The position numbers and the translations under genes are program-made. DNA of 64,000 nucleotides, from the NCBI GenBank assembly GCA_051362555.1, contig CM120641.1, positions 2,852,001 through 2,916,000 on the forward strand. Direction: 5' to 3'. The stretch's first letter is position 1. The number at the start of each line of letters is the position of its first letter. This document shows, piece after piece, positions 13,932-44,997 of this stretch. The notes beneath the pieces were generated by a model, which ran no database searches, was not told the DNA's origin, and saw only the letters and a program-made list of their open reading frames with translations. This stretch comes from Lingula anatina (taxonomy: Eukaryota > Animalia > Brachiopoda).

Positions 13932-14787
13932 GCGTCATTCACTTGCTGACCTCAATATATATTTACCTGACTTGGCCTACTTTAACTGCACAGAATTGTC
14001 CTGCAGTTGTGTGGTTTTGCCTAAAGAACAGACAAAAATTATTTAGAACAGACAAAAGAACCAAAACTGGTATTAACGTCATTAAAGTTGCAGCGGAGAA
14101 TTCCAAACACGTCAGAAAGGAGTCTTATCTGTCTACGGGTATATAGCTGTGTATGACATGCATGTAAAGAGTGGTTGTCCAGGTAATAACTATATAGGTA
14201 TAATAACCAAGTTAAAAATATGACGAATTTATAGGTGTGTTTTAGAAAGTCTTTTAAATTAATATGCAGTAACTGTTTGGTATGGGCGTGCAACTGTAGA
14301 GGATAAAAACCAACTAGAAAAATTGTTGAAATGGCAATTAAATAATGTACAGTAATTGGAACGGATCTCACCCCATGCATTCCACTTAACTCGACCGGGT
14401 TAAAAATAAAACAGCTTCTGCCATGACTGATACTACTCATCCAGCTCATACCTTATTCAAATTTTTACCCAGTAACTTGAGGCTTAGATTTTTTGGTTAT
14501 TAAGCGATTTTTATCTAGCTTTTATTCTTGAGCAGTAACTCTTTTTAACACAAATACTTAATTTCATTTTAGTACATTTAAATAGTTTTATTTAACAATG
14601 GTGCTATTACAGGGCAAAAGATTCCCGATTTTATACGTTTATATTTTATTGGTTTAATAAAATTATCATTATCTATCATATTTATCAATAATTAATAAAA
14701 TGAATTGATGCTCATATAAAATTAAGATAATATGCAAAATATTTGAACATACCAATTGGAGAGTAGGGGAATTGGCCAGTTAATTTG

Positions 14788-14827
<40 letters not shown>

Positions 14828-15190
14828 TTGATAAATGCATGAATTTGATCAGTATACTGGCCATTTGGTCAGTATACTGTGGACTTGGTCTAGTCAGGGC
14901 CAGTTGGTAAAATCCCATGCAAAGAGTCTAATAACCTTTGTACCTTGGTCTATGGATATTTAAAAATGGGAGTGATCGAGCTGTCCAATATTTCTGTGGT
15001 AACTACAGGAATACATTTCATTTCCAGGAATCTAATATTTAAAAGTACTCCATCGAACTACTTAAAAAAACATACACACTTCTGCCTTTCTTAAATATTG
15101 GAATCGGAGCATGTTATATATCATTAGTAAATGCTATTATGTTTTACAGGTCAGCATTCGGGTAGGACGTCACAATAATATTGGAGGGAA

Positions 15191-18100
15191 ATGTACACTG
15201 TAAAAATTCGTCCCCAAAACATCATGAGAGAGGAACATAGGAGCCGAATGTATGGCTTTTCTGCCGTTGTGATAGTTATATTATTTATTTTGTTCACAAC
15301 CACATATTTCTCACGACCAGCTAGCCAAAAATTTGGACTGTTTAAATTCTATACACCAAATAAAGACAATGAATTTGCAGCCATTATATTTGATGCGGGA
15401 AGCACAGGAAGCAGACTTCATGTGTATCACTTTGCCAAAGGAGGAAGTCCTGGTAAGTAACATTGATTACATCATGGTCATCTACCAGTCAATTTTGATG
15501 TGAGATATGCGGATCACTGGCCATATTTTGCTATGTAGTTCAGTTCTGTGCCAGTCTTGACAAATAAAATTTATCTTTCTAATTTAATATTTTTTGTTCT
15601 CAGAAAGGGGTTGAGTAGTATTTAAAATGTGAAATCTTTTAGACATTCCTTTTTTAGACCCCGAACCAAAAAGATAACACCTGATCACAGATGCTTTAAA
15701 ATTATTTTAAAATGTAAAATCTTTTTTTAGGTTCATTACCCAAATTGCTAAGTGAAAAATTTGAGAGCATCAAACCAGGTTTATCATCATATGCAGAGGA
15801 TCCAGTGAAGGTATTCTTATCAATATTACTTTGTGAAGAATTAAAATAATAAAGTAGTTTTAATAAAAATTAAGGTATAAAGTATAAAAATGCTGATGTA
15901 AAGCTATTTGTGCATGCATCAGAAAATGTACAAGAAGCTGAATTGTGCATTTACTCTGTCTTGACAGGAAAAATGTTAAGGTTGTAGTTGAAAGAATAAA
16001 TCTGTAAACTATCAAGAAGTCGCATATCATTTAGAGTTATATTAATGTATTAACAGGGTGCTAATAGTTTAGCTCCACTGTTGGATATGGCAAAGAAGGA
16101 TGTGCCTGAAGAACAGTGGAGTAGTACTCCTATAGCTTTAATGGCCACTGCTGGGTTAAGACTTCTCCCGTTACCCAAGTCCAATGCATTATTATCAGAG
16201 GTGAGTGTTTTATACCAGGTTTTTTTTTTGAATTTGTTACTTGTTAGTGTTACATACAGTGTTTATACTTTATTTTTTGTAATGAACATCCAGTGGAGTA
16301 GATCTTGAAACTTATTCATGGGCGGATTGATGCCAACTTCTGGGTCTTCCGGTGTACTGTCAGATTTCCAAACCTACATTGATGGGTCTCTAATGGACTC
16401 AGGGTAGCTTAAATCCACTTGCCCTAAATGTTTAAAGATAAAATATGTCACTCTTGTCTGTAATATTTCATACTAACTGTATTTATTTTTCAAAGTAATA
16501 CTTCGTTGAATGTTCACAGATTCTGCAAGAGTAAATTCTGGATTGCTCACAAGTTCACAATTTGTTTGACTCAAGTCTTGGGGATCTTATCTTGTTGGCA
16601 TGGGTGAACTGTAGACTTTGGCTGCAGTAAGATGCAGATGTCAACATGGAAAGCCTCCAGGGCTGGTGTTACTATAGAACTTGATATGAGCCCAAGAGCT
16701 GAGCTAAACTGAACGACTGAAAAAATTTGATCTGTTTCAACTCTGAAATAATGTTACCTTTGGTGTAACATTTCCTTTTGTTTTCATTAAATAGGAGATA
16801 TTATATATTTTATAAAAGTGGATGCCTATTGATTTAATATTGTGCTTATATTGACTTAAATTTTGGTCTTTATATTTGGACCAATTTTTTTGTTAGACCA
16901 GGCCCTGGCTTGAGTCCATGAGGCTAGTTGTTATTTTAGTCACTACATAGTGAATGATGAACACATTTTTTTCTGTTTTTTAGCAGGTTTTATTCTTCTG
17001 ATTTACACATTTAGCAAAATAAATAAAATGGTGATGCTTTTTTTAGTTGTTTGCTGTTTAACTTATCATTTAGTCTTATCTAAACTTACCTATGAAATTG
17101 AGAAAAAAAAGAAAATCGAGTCTAATGTCTTTAATTTATAGGTTACCAAATTATTTAAAAGCTATCCTTTCAAATTGGGAGAGAAAGGAATATCAATTAT
17201 GGATGGGACAGATGAAGGTAGGACAGTATGAACCATACACATAAAATTGTTTGATGATTATTTTAAATATTAACCTTTTTTAATTCTATATTTCCATTTT
17301 ATTTTATTTTTTTAAATATTTTATTATTTTATTAAAATACCAATTCATTTTTAACATTTGACAATTATATATGGACAGTTACAGAAAATTGGTAAAATTT
17401 GGAGATTGTTGTGTTAAGTTGTAGGTATTGTTTAAATGGTATTTAGATTTGATCATCACAACAGGTATTAATCCTTTGAATATGTATGTTTGGAATTGTT
17501 AAATTTTTACTAATTCTTTAATTTCAGGCATTTACAGCTGGTTAACTCTCAATTTCTTGAATGGTAAGTTAACAATATCATTAAATTCGTTTCAAAAATC
17601 ATTTTTATTTATACACTTTACATTGTATTCTGACAGTTTTTTTTCTTCTTTACCTCCGCAACCCAATTAGTGAAAGGGAGTGAAATCCCCTAAAGGATAA
17701 TTACATGTTAGGACCAGAGGGACTTGTGCTGTACAGCTAACTGTTTCACTTGATGTGATAAAATAAGGAGTCGCACTTAAGTCATTTTAATTAATGATTT
17801 TGGCATTGGGTTTCTGATTGCATAAGAATTAGTACATGTGTCTGTATATCAGGATTGTTATGGCTTCCTGTTGCCCTTTCAGGTGGAATACTGGGGGCTA
17901 ATAGGTCCTCAGGTGCTCTAGACCTGGGCGGGGGCTCCACACAAATCACTTTTATACCCTCGGAAAAGGTGAGTATTTTGTTTCTGTTAAAGTGATCATA
18001 AATTCCTGGATGGTTTTTACAATTAAACATGTATTTCATTGATCTAAAGAAATGATATATGAAAAGTAGATATTTATGGATTTCAGTACTGATGCATTTC

Positions 18101-20570
18101 AGTCTCTAGACTAAATAATAACAATTATGCCTTCTTTGTTTATAGGAAACTGTAGAAAAAGCACCAAAGGAATATTTGAAAAATATTGACGTCTTTGGGA
18201 AAAAGTTTGATCTTTATACTCATAGGTAAGATGTGCTAAGATGTGCTAATTGAAACACCATTCTTATTCATATTAAAATATAACTTGTCTCTACTTAAGC
18301 ATTTAGCATGAATTGACAGCCACCCAATTTATCATATAATGATAAAAAATTCTGTTGCGTTTGTCTGGTTAATAAGAATTGTGTGCACATTGCTTTCGAA
18401 TAGCTACCTTGGTCTGGGAATGATGTCAGCAAGATTTTCATTGCTAGGAGGAACTGAAGGCCCTATTCCAAAGGAAGGTCAATAGAATTTTTATTTATTG
18501 TTTTTTATTCTTGTGTTGTAAAGATCAGCATTTTATAGAAAAAAATGTACATTGGATTGTCCCATTGTAGGATAATAAAGGACTAAGAAGGCTATGAGCT
18601 GTAATTTTCAGTAATTGCTTTCAATATTGACAAATTTTGTTCAGTAATTATTATATAGTCATGTCAAAATGCAATAGATAAGCACCTGAGAACAATAAAT
18701 CATACTTTTTCAGCTCCAGAATTTGATCATACATCTTTGATATTTGTGAAGATAATTTTACAGGTCGACCTGTTGAAGAAACTATGCTGGATTCTGTGTG
18801 TTTTCCTCCTGGTAAAGAAGAAAATTGGGTCTTTGGTGGTCAAAAATATGTTGTCAAGTATGTATTTAAGCTTGTGGAATATTTTTGTTAAAAATCTTAT
18901 TAGAGTAACAGTGTTTTTTAGGTTTTAAAAGTTTTTAGCTTTTTTTATGTGCCCTTTTAGCAAGATCTTACCAGCTGACACTGGATATTTCTTAGATTTT
19001 TATGATATACCCATCTTATAATTTTCAGGAATTCAGGCAAAAAGTTTGGATTTAAAGATTGCTTCACTTTGGCTGAGGCATTAGTCAACAGTACTGTGCA
19101 AAAACCAGTGGAAATATCAAGGAAGACATTTTATGCATTTTCTTATTATTATGATAGAGCAGTGGAGGCAAAGCTTATAGGTTAGTATAGTAAGGTTGGT
19201 TTTAGGGACAGTCTTGGATTTCAGACACAAAAATTTTCCAGTATTTACAACTGCAGTATTTAGTGTATATAAAAATCTGCAAAAGCTAAAATGAATTCAA
19301 ATATTACTGTGCTGTTGCCTCTTTTTCAGCTGCCCCAAAAAATGAATACTAAGGTCAAATATGACTTCTTCAGTTCTATTTTTTTGATAGTCATTCATTG
19401 TGAAGGAAATCAGATTTGGGGTACAAAGATAATAAAATAAAATAATAAATAAGTTAAATGAAGCATTTTAACTTGATATACCATTTCAGAAGAGACTGGT
19501 GGCACAATAAAAGTGGAACAGTTTGAAAAGGCTGCCAGTATAGGTATGTTTTTGTGTGCTGTGACCAATAACTCGGTATCTGTCTTCTAGGATTTTAATA
19601 TTTACTGAACATCTTTAACTTAAAAAAAAAAAGGTAGATATTTTATACCATTTTATTGATGGTGCTTGATAAACATTTTCAAAGCATTTTTTAGTTTACA
19701 TTGTAAACACTGTGTTTGGATTACGTAGTTTCTGGTTTCTGTTGATCTATGTAGTGTTCAGTTACCATTTGACTTCAGTTGATGTCTGTGTCGCACAGCT
19801 TGAGGTACTATTATTAATGGGAGTAATCTGAAATACTCTTTGTATCTAATTGTGTATAACTTTACACAGTGCTGGAAACTTTTTTTTTTTTTTTTTTTTT
19901 TTTGGGGGGGGGGTTACCTAAGTTGATTTCCATTAAAAAGTGCAAATATAGTAGACATGAAGTAGGCATGTTTTGTAATCAAATGCAAGAATAAAGAGAA
20001 ACTTTCTAAATAGGTCTGCTACCCTAGCATAATGGCTGGTGGGTGAGGGGCATTTCTCAAAGATGTGTAAATTATAGCAAAATTTGATTCGATACTATTT
20101 CTTGCAGCTTGTAGTAGCAGAGAGAATTCGGAGCGTCTGGGAGGTGTTTTCCAATGTGTGGATTTGACCTTTATCTCAGCATTACTGCAAAAAGGATATG
20201 GCTTCCATAGCGATACAAGTCTCATTGTAAGTTATACATTATCTTTGTTTTTGCTGTCTGACATATTTATTGTTCACAGTATGTCGGATGCTTGTGGTAA
20301 CACTAAATTAATTGTGTACTATCAACTTCTGACATTTTCAGTCTTCATCTGTGTTATTGTATATTTTGAGGGAACCATTTTATAGGTAAGAAATTTATGT
20401 TAGTTCTGTTTAAAGACAAAACATGAAAAATCATTTGTTCTTGTACATATATCATGAAGTATATTTTGTTTATTTTTGTGTTCCAGCTCCAAAAGAAAAT
20501 CAATGATGTAGAAATCACGTGGGGGCTAGGAGCAGCATTCCCATTAATAAAAAAACAAATGGACAGCTGA
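15191..20570 (+). CDS. ENTPD5: Ectonucleoside triphosphate diphosphohydrolase 5/6-like (GDA1/CD39 family), 13 coding exons: 15191-15452, 15731-15810, 16057-16200, 17142-17217, 17528-17563, 17883-17968, 18146-18225, 18404-18477, 18764-18857, 19029-19180, 19490-19543, 20108-20226, 20487-20570
   Basis: All five apyrase conserved regions are present: DAGSTGSR, ATAGLR, GTDEGIYSWLTLNF, DLGGGSTQ, TWGLG. Also HSYLGLG and FSYYYDRA. Single N-terminal hydrophobic segment and no C-terminal TM, as in ENTPD5/6. The 5 versus 6 assignment rests on synteny. Confidence 0.92.
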
Positions 20571-23500
20571 TAGATGTGCATTGTTATAGCCACTATTTTA
20601 TTTATTTGCATAAGTTTGCTTGCCTTGTTTTTTATCTAGAAACTCTAATGTATGACACGTAGATTTCCTCTTAAAGCATGGGTCTGTGTAATTTAAAAAG
20701 TCAGAAATTTTTTCTTAGTTGAAAAAAAATGGCATTTGGTACATATCTAGGGCCAATCTGTGACCATTATTAAAGGTATCCTACCTAGGGTATTTGCACC
20801 AAATCAAATTTTCCTGCCAATCATTGCTGGACCAATCCCTGCACTTGGATTTAATGTTTTGTTCCATTTTTATAAATCATTTAGTTCTTAGTGTTTCCAA
20901 TAACATTTTGACTGCCATCCACATTCCTGATATTCATAAGATACATAGTACCTAGCAGACTTGATTTGATTTCTGGCATTAATTGCAAGATGTCAAAACT
21001 TGGACCTTTCAAGGTGCTAAGACTCATTAATTTAAGGGATTTTATCATATTTCAAGTTTAAAATGGGGTGGTGGGGGGGGGGGGAGTGAGAGTGTCACTG
21101 TCAGAGAAAGTGTCATTGTGCAGGATGGAAGTATGACTTGGGAACATTTCCACCATGTGAAGGGCACCTTTAATTCTAAGATTTGGGAAACTGATTTGGG
21201 AAAGGTAGCATAAAGCACTTGGCAAACTTCACGATGTTTTAATTAATAGGCTACGTAACATTGGGGTATTGGTTTTTTTTTAATAGAATAAGTAAGTGTT
21301 AGCAGATTTGGGCATTCCACGTAATTTTATGATATATATATTTATTGAATTATTGCTGGAATACTTCTGAGACGAATATATATTTTTACAAACATGCTTT
21401 ATGCAATATTGTTTCAGTCTCCTAAGTCTTGCAACTGCCAGTGGTGGGTTTTTAAGGTATAAAGCTTTAGTACTCAAGTTGCTCACTGAGTGGGAGGTTT
21501 GGTTTGTCTTGTTCTTGTAATGATTTTCACGTACATTCCAGTTTGGTAAATTATTATTGTTAGCAATTTATATCAGAGGTATTGCTCTGACATTCTGTGA
21601 TAAAAGAAAACTCAGCAATTAATTGATGATAAAGTGGAGTTGATTAAATAAACCAGTTAAAATTAATTTGTCTTATGTCAGGTTTTAGGTAAACTGTAGT
21701 GTTGTAAAGATAAAAGGATTTCCAGCTGAATGTAGTTTTAAGAAACCATGATGCAATGGCTCTAATATTCTCCGTGTTTTTATGACATATTTAAATGCTA
21801 GTTTTATTATCATTTTTATTGTCATAGTTGCCATAAATTATAAGTTTATTGAAACATACATTAAGAAATGTGTTCCGTGAGATTTTTACATGCAAGTAAA
21901 ACATGTTCTAAGATATCTCCAAGTTGTGCATGGTATGCTTGGTCTCAGCAGTGTTTTTAAATGGATAAGGACTTCTTTTCCATTTTTCATCATAACTAGT
22001 GGAGTATTTTAATTGAAGTTGACTGCTACTTATGATTTACAGTGGGTAACAGTAGACTAGGGATTTTTAGTCTTTAGTCTTAGGGCCCTTTCCCAATGAA
22101 ACTATCGTGCTATGTAGATTACTCCAACTCCACAGGATCTCTGGCTGAATGGTCAAGTATTGGGATATAATTGTGTCACTTATGTTTTTTTTTTTAAACC
22201 AAAAACTGTAAATACAGGGCAATAAAGTTATTGTTTCCAAGATTTTGTTAACAACTTGGATTTGATAACAGAACTTAGGCTGAAATATGTTCAGGTCTCA
22301 GTCTTGGTCCATTTAATTGACCTAAAGTTTTCAAATTGGTTCACAAGTCCAGCTGCCTACACCCAACAAAACTAAGCGAAACAAAATGGCCAATAAAGAA
22401 CATTTACAGAAATAGTCAATAAGGTGACCTTTGATATCCTTTCAAACCATCTCCATGATTACAAGTGTTATTTGTGTTTATAGATTTTGGTTAAAGAAGT
22501 GTAAAATAATAAATATTTAAGACCGTTACCCACACTAAATGTGCCAATTTTTTGTAACTTGTTGGTAAAAAGCATAACTCTTTTTGGCCATTTTAAATGG
22601 ACAATGTCATCTGCTGAGCAGTACCCACTAGCCCTCTCCTAGCTTTTCTTTTCTTTATATGACAGTAATGGTTAGGTTACAAGAGAGGATGCATTATTTC
22701 GACTTCTACTAGCTGGCCAACTCGCTGCACCGATAGGAAATTAAGTTCCAATCTAAGTGTTCAAATCATGGCATGATGCTAAGGAATATGAAGTTACTCG
22801 ACCCAAAATTAATACCTATGGGACGTTTGGGGTTTAAAACACTCCTTATATTTTACACTTGCAAAAATGGAACAGCATGTTCATTTCTGAATGCATTTTC
22901 CAGCCAGACAGTTTGGATTAAAATGCACACTTTTCATTAACAGTATAAAAACCAACTACTGAAAATTCAATATTTTTTTATTTTCAACTAAAACAGCCAA
23001 TGATACAGAAATATCTATATAGCTTTCAAAGCCATGATCCATCAACATGTAATGTTATGGATACTAATTGTATAATTTACATATCCACATCAGTAAATTG
23101 AATGCAACAAACACATAGCACTCCGTCTGCCTTGTTGACGCTACAAGGACTTGATACATAAATATGCAAATATCTAGTTTAATTCACTTACACACTTAAC
23201 ATGATATAAGACTCGGCACAATACACAACAAATGTAAGTGTCAGTGTGCATTACGAGGAACACCATCTTGAGACAACAACCATCTGCTTTTAAAGAAATG
23301 ATTTGTGTCAAAAAAAAAAAAAAAAAAAAAAAACGAATACAGGGTAATAAACTAATTAGCTTTGATGTCTGATCTGTTGATTGCTTTCAGGTTTACCGCC
23401 CGTGATCTAAACCCTAAAATTCAGAGCTAATCTTTTAAGTATTTCATAAAACCATTCAGCCCAAATGTTTTCAAAGGGGAAAAGAAAATTTTCTCTCATT

Positions 23501-26500
23501 CATGCCTAAGAGAATATTGATTCAAAAGCCTCCCTTGAAAGATGGCCAACAATATTTGAATCTTGTCCATTTTTTAATCCAACAATCAACCCATGAAAGC
23601 CCAATCTCAGTAATGTAAAGGAAGAGGTGGGCCAACAGTACACTGAACACTAGTCTGCCGGTCATCTCCCGTGGGTTTAACTGCTGAACATTTATCCTTC
23701 TCATGACTGAATAAACTCAATACTTTATAATACCAACCCAGGATGGAGAAAGGTATACAACATGAGAATTACGTTATGACCTGCAATAAAAAAGGCAATC
23801 TATATTGACATCTTTTGGCCAAATGGAAAATCTCCATTTTACCACTTAACAATAGCACTCTTTTATTTACTAGATGGTGCTGAAAATGTGATGTGAGCAT
23901 TCATCTCTCTGTTCATACTCAAAAAAGTTCTTTCTAATGGCAACAAGGGATAATATATACTACAGTCATTAACTTGTCCACACATCCAATATGTACCGTA
24001 ACACCAAACACTTTTTCTGGAAAAAAAATTTACAATATACTGACAAGATCTTACAACAATCAAGTACAGATAACGGTGAGACCACTTTTTATCATTTTCA
24101 ACCAAGTTCTGTACCTTAAATAACAATGCATTTGGATAGAGGAAGAAGATAAGTTGATTAATTGCACACTTGAACCAGTAAAGAAACATTTTATATTAAG
24201 CAACTGTTATTTTTTTAGATTTAAACGAATTTTTCGGCTGACAAAATGTGATGCTTACTGGACAATAAGAACTGCACAATGACAACTTCTGCTGTTATGT
24301 CTCTCACAGACTACACAGCAATATCAAAATAAGTTCCTCTGCTCTTCAAAATGATCAAGCAGAATATACACTACCCAACTTGGAAATCTTTAGCTGATGA
24401 CATAAAGGTAAGCACTGTTTATATTAGCCACCCTGGCCTCATAACCATCTTCTCCCATTAAAAAAAATCACACATCACTGCAACATAAGTATTTTAACTA
24501 GAAAAAAAATCAAGACTGCATCAAGAAAAGGAAAACAAAAAGTACAAACATGGACAGAACGTATCGACGTGCCATGAGCACTGAAACCACACCTTTCTCT
24601 CATGTAAGGACGCCCATACAAAAACCATGCAGGCATTGTGCAGATTTCAAACACACAGGACCTACCACTAAATACTTGTGATCTAAATGTCTTATTCTAT
24701 GCCTACAACACAGATATTAGAGCCTAGGACACTAAGCCCAACAGTATGCCCCACTAAAGCTGCTCTCAAGGTTGACTAACTGCCCCTATACAAAAAGAAG
24801 ACTAGTTTTTAAAAAATTCTCGGCACCTAATATTCACTAAATGCAGGTCAAGGCTACACATCTATCATACAATAGCACCAATATTAAAAAGACGGCTATA
24901 TCACGGGCCGCGCTGCTTTCTCATAAGGATAGAGACTTCTGCATTTAAACGAAAGTGAAATGAAACAATTTCTTAAGAGTTATGAACTGAACTGTGAGTT
25001 TAAAATGGTATAATGTATTTTATATATCTCCTTTCTTTAGTAAAATGTCTGAAATTTACTTCTACTGTTCAGAATATATCTCAATCATCATAAAAGAGTT
25101 GTTGCGAGTTTCAGATAAATAATTGACCATGGCAAGAAATAACTACAACTGAACTAAATTGTACAGAAAAATCAAATGCTGTAATTAATAAACACAAGGC
25201 ATTTACAGCACTTAAAAACAAGAAACCAAGAGAAACCCTGAACAATCAATCACAAGAAGCCGGGCAGTGGAATAAAAATACCAATCATGTAAACAATGTG
25301 GGCCTTTCACAACATGATCTCTAACTCATAAGTCCACTAACACAAATTAGGATGCAAATGAAAATGTCATGTAAAATATGGTAGTAGCATGCATGATAAA
25401 ACAACAAACAAAAAACTTGGCAAGGTAAAGCTGACAGTGCTCCTTACTAAAATAAACTGTTCCCTCTAGCTAGATACTGATATAAAGCCAGATTGTGACA
25501 AAAGTTAGTAAAATAGGAAATGAGACATTTGGCTAAAGTTCACATGTAAACAATATTAAAATTTAACAAAGTGATAAGTTTATTAATGCAATGCCTGCCT
25601 TGTGACTTTCTGTAATAAGACATTTTACAGTCTTATATGGGGGTGGGATTAGAGGGAGGAAGGGGGATAAGTGCAACACACCTAATTATCCAGAAAACTT
25701 TCATCTCTTGAAAGAAGCAAGTGACAAGCACACAGCCAATTTCAGGAATTACATGGAGATGGCAAGTGAGGAAAAGAGAAAAGGGGGGGGGGGGGGGGGG
25801 GTAATTCCTGCCTAGAAGGGGTTTTCACAAGACTTAAGCCATGCTGTAGACCTCTGCTGGCTAGGGATGGTCAGACACCCGTTTACTAATATCTTTAGTC
25901 CCGAAGATGTGAGGACAATAATAAATTACAAATGAAATGAAATGCACAAATAAATAACAAGCATGCACAAGGATATCCATTCAGAGCTAGATTTACAGTT
26001 ACAGAAAAAAGATGAAAAATATGTGAAAATGTAATTACAAATTGCAAAATGCACAGATATCATTTTGTGTACATTGATAAATATAAATATTTATGTATAT
26101 ATATGTATATATGTATGTATATATATAGTATTCAACAAACATTGCACTTTCCTGTCCAACAAATGCAGTTAAAAGCTCCATGCTAGATTTATATAATAAG
26201 TTAAAATACTTAAATGCACTATAATGAGCAAAAGGGCCATCCTGTGTTCCATACGTCATGGTTTCAATACGCGTGCATTACCAAACGTCCATCAATATTC
26301 AACCTACATTCTACTTACAAAAAAATTAATCAGCATTGTGGTTTTGATTCAGTAATGATCACGCCATTACTGCAGCAGTCACGCTACTCCAACCTTTAAC
26401 CAATCTCAATGCTCTCAACTCCATCATGTGAACTGAAATGGTTTTACATCTCGAATTAATACTCTGCTTCACCTACAGTTATCATAGCTGCACTGTAGTG

Positions 26501-27860
26501 TAAATATCAACTCACAACTCATCACGTATACCGTCACATGAATCATCCCACTGACAACCATCTGTAGAGACCACAGTAATACACAGGAGTGTGCATGGCC
26601 CATGAAACACTGTGATTTACATAAAAGTAGTCAAAGTAATAAGAACACCAAAGTGCAATAGTGACGTGGCGACATCTATGTTTCAGTAACACTAAAAGCA
26701 GCTATTTAAAGCCCCAGACTGTCAACATGTGCGTGTGAACAAAGATGAGAATAGCGGCCCTCCTCTGAAACTTGCCCACTGATAATACTGGGGGGAAAAA
26801 GATGACACACGTCTGTAGATACCAAGTGGCAAGACTTCTTCTAACCATCGGGCTGGCTTCATATTCCAAAGTAGCAGGAACACACATAACATACAACAAA
26901 GGCAGTTACAGCGTACAGTACACATTGCTGCTTCTTAACTCCAAGTAGCATTTCACCTGTCCACCTCATTGCTGTAAACTATCATCATGTTTGCTAGTTG
27001 GGGCTGGCGATAAAATAAACTGTTTTGTTGACATAGTGATCAAGATTCTGGTGTATGTCTCTGATCACCCACTGTGACAACTAGCAAGCTATTGTCACCA
27101 CATGCCAGTACACAATAGTGCCAAATTATCAGTCTAACCCATAGCTGTCCCTGCTGCCTCCTTTCACTTTTGCTAGGATAAATCACTGATGGTAAGCTGA
27201 GCTTGATTATCTTGCAATTTCCTGACGTAGTTGTTGGGGCTGTCAGCTGCTTTTTTTATTTCCCTCCAAAAAATACTGTTTCCAGGACTGGATCAAACAA
27301 CTTCCTTCTTCTTGAAAGTAACCACAATACCAACAGGCTTTCCTCTGGTCTGTGTACAGCAGGAATCCTATCCATCATATTGCAACTCAGTAGGAGTGGA
27401 TAAGCTGGTTTCTTCAAAATGCGACTGGATTCACTCTGTTGCTACTGCAGTACCAATGTAACATGGAAACTTGTGAACAACAAACCACCAGCGTTTTTTC
27501 AGTGCACAGATTTAATTGTGCTTTTCTCATTTCAAATGAAGATAAAATGAGGTACCTCAGAAGATGCACATACTCTTTTGCTCACAAGATATGTATCACT
27601 TTCCAGTCACATTTCAACTCCCAACTTCATTTGGTTAATTTCACCTCAAACTACTGCTGGTTTTATAGTTTTCTCTTTCAGATTCCACACTTTGCTTCAA
27701 TTAATGTCTCTCAAAGAACAGCTGTCAAACTGCAGCCTTCCAAACTTGCAATATAACCATATACAGAAAAACACAGCCCCATTCAAACAGATGAATGATA
27801 TCCTAAAATTTTGGCTGATGGTTGTACTATTAACTCAAATGTTTAAATGCAAATTTCTCA

Positions 27861-44612
<16,752 letters not shown>

Positions 44613-44997
44613 TTTCGATGTCTTATGGAAAACCCAGAGTATCTAAACCTTCCTTCCTTCTCATGGCATGGTTTTCATGAATGAAAGCGACGACTAATGA
44701 GTATAATTAACCGTAAATTTACACCATTATCACAAATTTTCACAGAAATCGGAAGCAGTCAATCCCAGAGTTCCTCGGAAAGTTGATTTGAGTTTGCGCA
44801 CCTTGAAAAGACGCTTATAACATCTGGAAATATTTTTAAAAACTACATAGGTTAGACAAGAATGATGTAATTGATAATCTTTTTATAAAACTCGACAAAT
44901 ATTGACTCATACTTTTCTTTAAATATATGTATACTAACTATACAAATATGTAAGCATCCTTCATTCCATTGATACAAGCGAACATAATGATGTAAAC

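Noticed and set aside
16290-16720. Weak inverted ends (CAGTGGAGTA / TAAATCCACTTG) and a LINE-tail-like ACTGAACGACTGAA segment in an ENTPD intron
   Set aside because: Matches are too short and degenerate to call a mobile element.
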